Made by a program: the position numbers and the translations under genes. The notes below the pieces were generated by a model. The model was not told the DNA's origin, searched no databases, and saw only the letters and a list, made by a program, of their open reading frames with translations. Positions 54,294 to 64,000 of a DNA stretch of 64,000 nucleotides are shown in pieces (the stretch's first letter is position 1; every line of letters starts with the position of its first letter). Origin of the DNA: Scyliorhinus canicula (lineage: Eukaryota); NCBI RefSeq assembly GCF_902713615.1, contig NC_052158.1, forward strand, positions 43,363,159-43,427,158, written 5' to 3'.

Positions 54294-55138
54294 AAATAGC
54301 TTGGTGCTTAACAGTGCTCTGAGCACTGGGAAACACCCGGCTAAACACACTCGCTACAGGAGCTGTTCCTATTTGGGTAGATCACAGGTTTGGTATTGTT
54401 TCCCATGGCATCATCAAACAGTACCTCGTGCTAGCTTTGCTCCAAACAATTTTATGAACTAATAAGTTCAGAGCAGAGATCTGAAAGATGAACGGGATCA
54501 GATTACTAATGAATATTCTGATGAAAATCAATCATTCATAGCTTTTTCTGAGTGACAATATATAACAGCAAACAACACAATCCTGAAAATGGGCTTTAAT
54601 TGCAGAGCAGGTTTACTGCAAATACACCCTCCCTTCCCCCATACACACACCAACACTGTTCTGATTTCAAATCCTCTTTTGCTGATATGGGGAAGTGAAA
54701 ATGAGAGAAAATAGGAACTTTGGTCCAGCACATGAGACTGTTACAAACAACATTATATTCATATCTGAATTAAAATGTGTTTGTTCGTGTCTGTTATGGA
54801 GTAATGGATTCACTGTCAGAAAGGGAACTAACCACAAAACAACAGTTTCCATTTTGAAATGACACCATCCCACCTGTAACCAGTATCTGGGTCAGTATCG
54901 TCCCAACTAACCATTAGGATCTTTCCCATGTCAATCTGTCATCGGTTGCTAAGTGCCTGTTACGCACAATGGCTAAAACCAGAGCTTCAGTTAGATTTGT
55001 CAATGGAAACATTCAGCTTCAACATTAGATTGGGATAAGATGGAGGATGTGCCCTCCATCTATATCCTTCCAAATTGAGATGAAGGTGGAATGACTGCTA
55101 CAAACTGTGGCCTTGAATCTCTTGTCTTCATAAACCTG

Positions 55139-58100
55139 GGGCGGAATTCTCCGTTTGATGCCTGGACTGAATCAGGACTGAGTGTTCTTCAGTTCCGTTG
55201 GGGGCGCCAGTCCTGGAGCCATTCAGGACATGCTAATGGGCCAGCACGCCGCCCACTAGTGCAATTCCAACTGACACCGGCGTCAGATTCTCTGGGGCCA
55301 GGATTGGCACAGCGGAGCCTGACAAGCTGGAGCTGCATATAAGCACTCCACTCCCCTCACACTCATTCCAGCCAAGGAGATGGTATAACGAAGAGCGGCC
55401 CCAAAGTTCGCAGATGCAGAGCTGAAGGTGTTGCTGGATGCTGTGGCGGAGAGGTCTCACACTTCTGGAATGGGTGGTCACATCAATGTTGGAGATGCAG
55501 ATGCAGAACCACGGTCTACAGGAGGGGGTGTCAGCAACCTTCCAGTGCCTGCAGATGCAGTTGGAGGACTTCAACCACTGCGGGAGCAAGAGGCAGTGCT
55601 AACAACGTGTGCTATCAAGACCAACACCGAACGGATGGCGTCAGTGGTGGACGCTGTGGGTGCGAGGGTCATGGCCATGGGTCAGGATGTCCAAGGCTTG
55701 GGACACTCTCTGCGGGTGGTGGCTGAGATGCAGGAGAGGGCTGCCATGTCACAGGCAGCCATGTACCAGACCCATGTGGATACTTCTGCAGCGTTCCAGA
55801 GCATGGCCCAGTCACAACGGACCATGATGCTTGATGCTGAGGCCGGGCGCTGGCTGACATAAGCCAGTTACCAGAGGACCTGGCACAGTCCCAGAGGGAC
55901 GTGGCCCAGTCCCTGTGCTCCATGGCCGAGTGTATCGAGACCCTGTCGAAGCGAGAGCGGGCCTACAGGACTGGCCGCTCCAGGTGACGGTGGAGCTCAC
56001 ACCAGCCACACCCCTGTCCCAAGGAGTAAACCGGGGTCCATTGGGCACCCCGAGGGAGGAGGAAGTGATGGGGCCCCTGCTGGTGACTCCTGCAAGGGAG
56101 GTGCTGAAATACCACAGCACCTCTGAAACCCCTCCCAATCTGACACTGGCACATCTCATTGTTTTTAATATAAATTTAGAGTACCCAATTATTTTTTTTT
56201 CCAATTAAGGGACAATTTAGCCTGGCCAATCCACCTATCCTGCACATCTTTGGGTTGTGGGAGTGAAATCCATGCGGACACGGGGAGAACGTGCAAACTC
56301 CACACGGACAGTGACCCAGGGCCAGGATTTGAACCAGGGTCCTCAGCACCGTAGGCAGTAATGCTAACCACTGTGCCACTTGCCGTCTCTCACCAGCACA
56401 TCTCATGGGCAATGGGCAGAACAGGGTGACATTACACCACCTGAGATACCCGAACGTCAGCTGGGCACATCCAAGTCCAGGTCCTCCAGAGGACAGTTAC
56501 CAAATGAGACCCAGATCACAGGGCAGAATCCGCAGCAGGCCACCTCCACATCTGATGTGTTGCCTGGGGACTCAGCTGTCAGGACTATTGGAGCACTTAA
56601 GATAAGGAAGTTGGACACCAATTAAGTTGGCACGGGTGCAGCAGACAGGATAGCATTAGGGAGCAGGGCACATTAATTGTATATAGCACAATAAACACCT
56701 GTTCACTGACATTATAAATTACCTCGGTACTCTATCTGAAGGGTGTGAGGATGGGCTGGGCTGGATGCAGAGGGTGTGCCGAGTGGGATAGGGGAGGTGG
56801 GATGAGATCTGTGGTAGGCCGGTGGTGTGGCGTGTGTTTGTTGGAGTAAGGCACAGGGCCTCCAGGACAGCCCAATGACGTTCTGACCAGGGTCGCCCTT
56901 AGAGGTGGCAGGGGACAGGGCAAGAGATGTACGGGCACCATTTGGCTGGACCTACCCGGTGAGTGACCCATCACCGCTCACCACCCCTTCATCATTCCCC
57001 CCACCCTGAAGCACATTACCACCCCCACCTCCCAGAGGATCTATGGACCCGTGAGATGGAATGGCCAGCAGGGACCACCGGGCGGAAAGTGGAATGTGAT
57101 ACCAAAGGCAGGAGTCTGTCAAACGATGCGGAGCACCAGAGCTCATCGCACAGCAGATCATCATCATCCTTCAACCTATGGATCAGACCCACTGAGACTG
57201 CCAACCCAGAGCCAACACCCTTTTGTGAAGCTGGTGGGAAGCTCAGAGGGGGGTGGGGGGAGGGGGGGTGGAGGTGCTGGGGTTTTAGGGTGGGGAGGGG
57301 GAATAGAGTGCAGGGAAGGGACACAGGGGAGGGAGTTGGTGGCTAGTGGGGGAGAGGGGTGTTGAGAGAGGTGAGACAGGGAGGCTGGGCTGCTGGTGGC
57401 CTGGCCTCCTCGCTGGTAAGCCTGGAGGTTATGGCGCAGCAGCCCTGGCACACTCGCTATGTGGATTCCTGTCCCTGCCCAGGCCCCATGCCTGGCAATC
57501 CTCCACAACCTCCTCATCGGATGAGGCCTGACGCTCTTCCTACTCCTCTTCCAGCGACGTGGGAGACTCTTCCAGGGCTATATTGGACAGCCTCACCAGA
57601 GCGGTCCTGGTGGGCGCGGTCCACATTGAAATTTGTATAGTCCGCCGCCCAGTAACATAGGGCATCTGTGATGGACGCACCTGTGTATGGATGTCTATGA
57701 GATTCTAGATAGGTCCCCACTTTGCGTCTGGAAGGATCCCGTGGCAAAAAGGTTCAGGGCGACCGTTACTTTGACAGCCATCGGGAGCAGGTGTCCTCCT
57801 CCATACCCCTGCAGTTCCAGGTACGCCATCATCTGTCACAGGTGTCGTACAGCCTCCTTGGTTAGCCAAAGTCTTCAGCGATATGCTCGGTCCGGACGGA
57901 CCTCAAAGGACAGGCGCTGACGGTATACCAGTGGCCTGATGCGTTGCCTCCTTCACACCACCTCCTTGGCCTGTTGGACGGCCTCAGTGCATCTGCAAGA
58001 GTTGCTGTGGCCAGGCAGAAGGCAATCATTCCTTGCTTATCTCAGATGTTTCGGCTCTGCAAGAGGAAAATGGCAGACATGTTGGCATGGTGAGTACTCA

Positions 58101-58290
58101 TGTGGCCATCCAGGTCCAACAGGACACACCAGGTCCTGGGTTGCACTGCAGCTCCAGCTTCCGCATTTCCCCCCCTCCCAGTCCTACCCCCACACCCGGC
58201 CGCTCTTGCCTTCCACAGCACACCCATGGTCCATCGGTGACTGGCACCAGTTGACCTCCATCCCCACCACCCATCCCTGCCGGCAGAGGC
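55139..58290. mobile_element. Second, more degraded Harbinger (Myb remnant on + at about 55380-56633; transposase remnant on - at about 56750-58060)
   Basis: Left TIR gggcggaattctcc; RAAPKFADAELKVLLDAVAER; MAVKVTVALNLFATGSFQTQSGDL; 3' UTR taagttggcacgggtgcag shared with the first Harbinger. Confidence 0.75.
56160..56395 (-). mobile_element. A-tailed V-SINE with TSD of at least 11 bp
   Basis: gcacatctcat at 56149-56159 and 56396-56406. Confidence 0.85.
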
Positions 58291-58299
58291 TAAAAGGCT

Positions 58300-59077
58300 G
58301 GGGTTAGAGTATGATTGACTGTAGTGCTCTCGCTTTTAAAAAGAGGATTCTGTTTTGAAGGACCTGGGAGATTTTAAGAGCCATAAGGCGAAAATGACCA
58401 GAGGAATGTTTTTTTCAGTCTGGGCTAATGTACTCTGGTTTGACTTGGGAAGCCCCTGGGGAGTTAATATTGTTTTCCAGCTTGGGAAGATGATGTTATT
58501 GCTGGGTGGAGCTAAGAGATTCGGAGAGTTTTTTGGGAAAGCTTTGGGAGAAGAGATGAAGTCTAATCTGGCAACTCCGATTTGGCCACAAATAAAGGCA
58601 GTTTTCTCTCCCAGTAGTTTAGTTCTAAAAAAAGAGTAATAATGGTTCAAGCAGAGCAGTCTTGTCTGAGGACAAGGAAAAAGCTGAAACATGCCAGGTG
58701 AACCAGCTTCCTGAAGACTTCTAGCCAAAGCCTGCAGGAGTTCAAACTGTAGCCCAAATCTTTCTGTAACACAAGTATCACTCTATGCACTGGTGATTTT
58801 AAGCTGGATTGAGAGCTGTATGTTTATTTTCTTGTTGTTTAATGGAGAATTGAGTAGTAGTGTTGTGTAAATTGTAAGCTGTTCATTTTGTGTGTGAAGT
58901 TAAAGAGTTTAATATTGTATTCATAATAAAGTTTTGTTTTAAAAATACCAAAGCCTATTTTGTTCATACAATCACTCCTGGAGCAAAACATTCTTTCTGC
59001 ACAGTCGTACAAAATAAACTAAAATATTGGGGTTCCCTAGCCACTGTTGTGGTCTGGTCTGGGATCATAATAACACC
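58300..59077 (+). mobile_element. Probable solo LTR
   Basis: AATAAA at ~58925, ends gggatcataataaca, homologous to 24931-26232. Confidence 0.5.
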
Positions 59078-59099
59078 TGAGACAGGATACCATCAGAAG

Positions 59100-60010
59100 T
59101 TAAAACATCTACATTTATAACCATCTGATGTTGTCTTGAGGGCATATACTGAGGTGCCCGTGCTACTGAAGGGCTACATCAAGGTGATTGTGGAAGTTAC
59201 GGGCAAAAGGTGGAGTTGCCTCTGTACCTTGTTCAAGAAAACTTTCCAGCATTGTTTGGGAGATCTTGGTGAAGCAAAATTAAGCTAAACAGGGCTGTCA
59301 TGAACCAACATGTTGATTCTACGAACAATCTTCAACCACTTCTGAAAAAGTCTGCTAAGGTATTTGAAGTACTTTGGATCCATGACTGGAGTTGAAGGGA
59401 AACTCAAGATCAAGGCAGACAGTGTGCCGAAGTGTCTTATAGCCCGTACAATATCCTATGCCATCCAGCCATAAGTAGAAGAACCTGAGAGGTTAATTGA
59501 GACAGATGTCATTGAGCCTGTTTCCACCGGCAATTGGGCAAGCCCAGTCATTCCTGTGGTGAAGAAGGATGCTTCAGTACGAATATGTGGGGATTTCATA
59601 ACTATAATAATAATCGCTTATTGTCACGAGTAGGCTTCAATTAAGTTACTGTGAAAAGTCCCTAGTCACCACATTCCGGCGCCTGTTCGGGGAGGCTGGA
59701 ACAGGAATTCAACCCGCGCTGCTGGCCTTGTTCTGCATTACAAGCCTTGTATTGTGTGCTGACCATTATCCTCTACCAATTATCAAAGAATTTTTCGCTG
59801 GATTCTCAGGTGGCCGAATATTGAGCAATAGATCCTTCTCAGGCATATCTGCAGATGAATGTTGCTGCAGAGTCGCAACCTATATACTGACAAAGAGACA
59901 CACAAGAGTCTTTTTTCACTATCGAAGGATTCGGTTTGGTATTACATCAGAAGCGGTTCTCTTTCAACGATCTCAATGGCTCAAATGCTGAGTGGTGTAC
60001 AATGTTACCT
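59100..60010 (+). mobile_element. Degraded Gypsy protease-RT fragment, with a SINE fragment at ~59605-59745
   Basis: WASPVIPVVKKDASVRICGDF, DHYPLP, HYRR..FGI. Confidence 0.75.
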
Positions 60011-60062
60011 GGTGGGGAGGGGGGTAGGGGTGGTGGGGAGGGGGGTAGGGGTGGTGGGGAGG

Positions 60063-60162
60063 NNNNNNNNNNNNNNNNNNNNNNNNNNNNNNNNNNNNNN
60101 NNNNNNNNNNNNNNNNNNNNNNNNNNNNNNNNNNNNNNNNNNNNNNNNNNNNNNNNNNNNNN
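60063..60162. other. Assembly gap (100 N) flanked by G-rich and C-rich simple repeats
   Basis: Run of N. Confidence 1.
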
Positions 60163-60410
60163 CCCCTCTCCCCTCCCCCTCCCCCCCCCCCTCCCCTCCC
60201 CCCTCTCCTCCCCTCGCCGGTACCCGTCCTCTCTCTCTCAACGCGCCACTTCTGCAGCGCATTAAAATGACGCGTATCACGTCGGTCCGATGCTGGCCCC
60301 TTCGGGAACGGAGATTAGCGGCCTAAAAGAAGGCCCCGACGCTGGAGTCATCTGCATCACTTTTGCTCGCCGGAAATCGGCGTCACGACGGTCCGCGGAG
60401 AATTTCGCCC
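60163..60410. mobile_element. Harbinger-type right end
   Basis: TIR ggagaatttcgccc (60397-60410). Confidence 0.6.
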
Positions 60411-62230
60411 CATATCTGTAACCAAATGTTCTTGATTGCCCCAAAAGCGGGAACATTTGGTCAATGTTTAATTTATCAATCCTTTTTAGTATTTTATACA
60501 CTCGACCAGATCCCCCCTCATTCTTCATTTTTTCACACTTACCCACATTAAACTCCATCTGCCACAATTTGGCCCCAGTCTCCTAACCTATCTATATCCA
60601 TAGCACCGTGGTTAGCTCTGTTGTTTCACAGCACCAGGGTCCTGGGTTTGATTCCCGGCTTGGATCACTGTCTATGTGGAGTCTGCACGTTCTCTCTGAG
60701 TCTGCGTGGGTTTTCTCCAGGTGCTCCAATTTCCTCCCACAAGTTCTGAAAGATATGCTTGTTAGGTGATTTCGACATTCTGAGTTCTCCCCTAGTGTAC
60801 ACGAATGGGCACCGGAGTGTGGCGACGAGAGGCTTTTCACAGTAACTTCATTGCAGTGTTAATGTAAGCCTACTTATGGCACTAATATAGATTATTATTA
60901 TTATATCCGCCTGTAAACTCTTTATCTCCACTTCACTGCTTGCTTTCCTACCTATTTTAGTATCATCCGCAAATTTTGCTCTGGTGCACTCTGTCCTGCT
61001 TGCAGCTTATTTATATAGATTGCAAACAGTTGAACTAATTGCTCGTTCTCTTGCATAATTTACCTTAGCTCCTTTTATTACATTTTTAGTATCCCTTTGT
61101 TTATGTTTGAAAGTTTCCCAATCTTTCAGCCTGCCACTGACCTTTGCAACATGATATACCTTAATTTTTGTCTTTTTAATGTCCTTGACCTCCTTGTTCA
61201 GCCACGGATGTTTTTTACCCCTCTTACCAAATTTTGTCTTCACTGGAATATATTTTAGTTGTGAGGAATTGAGTATCCCCTTAAACAACTGCCACTGCTC
61301 ATCAGCTGTCCTACCTTTTAGCCTTCCTGCCCAGTCTATACGCGCCAAATCTGTCTTCATGCTGGTGTAATTTCCTTTGTTTATTTCCAAAACACTTGTG
61401 TGAGATTCCACTTTCTCGCCCCCAAACTGAATCTTGAATTCTACCAGATATGGTGACTACACCATAGTGAATCTTTAACTATGAGATCATTAATTAATCC
61501 CTCCTCATTACAGAATACCAAATCCAGAGTAGCCTGCTCCCTGGTTGGTTCCACAACATTCTGTTCCAAAAACCAATCTCTAATAAATTCAATGAATTCT
61601 GCCTCCAAGCTACCCGTACCAATTTCATTCCTCAAGTTTATGTGCGTATTAAAATCATCCATGATTATTGCCGTACCTTTCTTACAAGCCCCTGGTATTT
61701 CCTGGTTTTTAACTGTGCCCCACTGCGGAATTACTGTTTGGGGACCTATAGATAACTCCGACCAAGGACTTCTTCCCTTTAGTATTTCTTATTTCTACAC
61801 AGACTGATTCCACATCTTGATCTCCAGTGCTTAGTCATTTCTTTTACAGCACTGATCTCTTTCCTCACCAGCAGGGCTACGCCATCTCCTTTTCCTTTCA
61901 GTCTATCTTTCCGAAATACTGAGTACCTTTGGATATTCAATTCCTAGACCTAGGTTTCCTTGTAACCATGTTTCCGTAATCACCTCCAAATCATCCCTTT
62001 TGTCTCTATTTGCACCGTTACCTCATTAAGTTTGTTCTGAATGCTTTATGCATTTAGATACAAAGCTTTTAAATTAGTTCTACTGTTAAATTTCCCTACT
62101 CTTTTATAATTCCTTGGTGAATAAAGACATTCACCCATTCTGTCCCTCACTTTATTTTCTGGTAGCCATCTGCCGCATCGCTAACCTGCACTCTTACTTC
62201 CTTCTTTAATTTGGGTATTCTAATTTCCCC
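60411..62230 (-). mobile_element. Degraded CR1 (APE and RT remnants) interrupted by an (ATT)n-tailed V-SINE at 60601-60903 (+)
   Basis: WQMEFNVGKC; EPTREQATLDLV; SINE head tagcaccgtggttag, B-box and tail atagattattatta. Confidence 0.75.
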
Positions 62231-62589
62231 TACAATTGAACCCGCCTTCCCCCCCACGATTCAGTTTAAAGGAGATGTCTCGGCCTGGTCCATCATGGCA
62301 GGAGTTACAACTGTGCCTAAAATCTGTGTTGAAAGAGAAATCCCAAATGGTGTGGCAATGTTATAGAAGCTAACCAGAAGACTGAATATCAAAGCAGGCA
62401 GCAGGACGGGGGTAAAAAAAGGAATGCAGGACAGACAAAAGGTTTCACAACAATGTCCTAACAATGGACCGAGTCTGCACAGAAATATTCATACCGGAGA
62501 GCATGGACAGTGATACTGTAGAACTGAGGTCTTCTACCACAGAAGTTACTGAATGACAGAATCGTCCACATCAACAGAGTTAGTTTCAT

Positions 62590-62890
62590 GGAATGTATCA
62601 TGGAATTCCTACAGTGCAGAAAGAGGCCGTTTGGCCCATCAAGTCTGCACCGACCTTCTGAAAGAGCATCCTACCTCGGCCCACTCCCTCGCCTGTCCCA
62701 TAACCTACACATCTAGGTCACTAAGGGGTAATTTAGCATAGCCAATCCACCTAACTTGAACATCTTTGGACTGTGGGAGGAAACCCAGAGGAAACCGACG
62801 CAGTCAGGGGAGAGAGTCAAAACTCCACAGTCAGTCACGCGAGGCCAGAATTGAACCCAGATCCCTGGCGCTGCGAATCAGCAGTACTGT
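62590..62890 (-). mobile_element. V-SINE with CR1-type tail
   Basis: Head with gggttcaattc B-box, V-domain remnant and tail ctgcactgtaggaattccatga. Confidence 0.7.
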
Positions 62891-63789
62891 CACGTGTTAA
62901 ACAATGACCAAAAGTGGAGCGGGGGGGTCGGAGAATCCCACTCAATGTAAATAAACCTTGCACTATGTTTTCACAAACATAAAGCATCTCTGATTCTTTC
63001 TCTTTGCGACGACAACAAAGGATATAATAGAGTCAAAGATCTTACAGTGAATATTCATTAATAGCCTACCTCGGAGATAGAGGTTTATCAGGTAAAAGTG
63101 AGAGGCTGGAAACTGGGGGAGAATGTGTCAATGAAATTTTCTAGTTCAGGGTGAAAGCAGGAAGTGACACTGATACAGTCTTCAATATAAAGTAAAAAGG
63201 GATGAGTAAGGGGCCCAGAGTAAATAAGGAATGTTCCACATATTCCACAAAAAGACAGGTGTAGCTCGGAGCCATGAAGGTACCCATAGCAATGCCTTTC
63301 ATTTGGAGGAAATGAGTGGAGTTGAAGGGGAAATTTAAAAGAGAACAGGTTTAGCCAGGTGGAAGATGGTGGATGGGGAATTTATTGTTAAGACGCTGGT
63401 ATGTTTATACTCAGCTGAGAAACACAGAGCTGCAAAGACAGTTCCGCTTCAGTTCCAGTTTGCAGGGAGGGGGAAGGGCATTAGTGGAAACTCCCTGACT
63501 ACAAACAGCAAATCAACAGATTTACTGCAATTGCTTAATCTGTCAAGTGTCATTAAATATGTTATAAAGACAAGCATGCTGAGCCAATGAAATTAAAAGA
63601 CTGAATTATGTCATCTGTTGCCAGGCAGAATATGTTTTTGGCAGTTGCATTTGAATACAAAGGATTTCAAATTCAACCCAGGTAGCTGTTTATTTTGTTC
63701 TAAAAACTTCCTCAACACTAACATTAGCCAAAATGACCTACAATTTCCACATTTTTCCTACTCATGTTTTTTAAATATTTGCAATTCTC

Positions 63790-64000
63790 CAGCCCCCTGG
63801 CACCACAGCACCTCATCGTCACCAGCTGTGTAGCTGCATCTGTCTATGACAGTATCAGTAGAAGTGACCACCGCACAGTCCTTGTGGTGACTAAGACTAA
63901 GACACAGCCACACATTGAGGATATCCTCCATCATGTTCTGTGGCACTACCACCATGCTAAATGGGATAGACTTCGAACAAATCCAGCAACTCGAGACTAG
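63790..64000 (+). mobile_element. LINE APE-endonuclease C-terminal fragment, running off the right edge
   Basis: LIVT...ASVYDSISRSDHRTVLV...HHVLWHYHHAKWDRLR. Confidence 0.65.

Noticed and set aside
55139-60410. One full-length Harbinger from TIR 55139 to TIR 60410
   Set aside because: Flanking triplets differ (CTG vs CAT) and a gap plus LTR relics intervene, so the two ends cannot be shown to belong together.

Overview
Eukaryotic genomic DNA, almost certainly from a shark. This is inferred from the shark-type MHC protein and the V-SINE/CR1 repeat landscape; a catshark (Scyliorhinus-like) is plausible but not proven. The only host gene I can support is a complete, intact six-exon MHC class II beta-chain gene on the + strand (CDS 1978-20172, 816 nt, 271 aa, all GT-AG phase-1 introns). 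Its promoter has three tandem Y boxes and sits about 90 bp from the 5' LTR of a young Gypsy element. The rest of the window is mostly nested transposable elements: CR1, L1, Rex1, RTE and Penelope-like retroelements, several Gypsy groups, Harbinger transposons and MITEs, V-SINEs with three different tails and a Deu-SINE. There are also two large C-rich minisatellites and one 100-N gap. Best second-look items: (1) a Penelope-derived minimal hammerhead ribozyme motif with a compensatory U3:A8 core, in sense orientation in MHC intron 2; (2) a Gypsy element with no tRNA PBS but a perfect 13-bp PBS/LTR complement, suggesting self-priming in an apparently non-chromodomain lineage; (3) the triplicated Y-box promoter next to an LTR; (4) V-SINEs apparently mobilised by different LINE partners; (5) two CR1 copies sharing one RT-breaking deletion. 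Exon, TSD, TIR and motif coordinates were counted by hand. Boundaries of old repeats are approximate, and TE family names come from remembered motifs rather than database searches.
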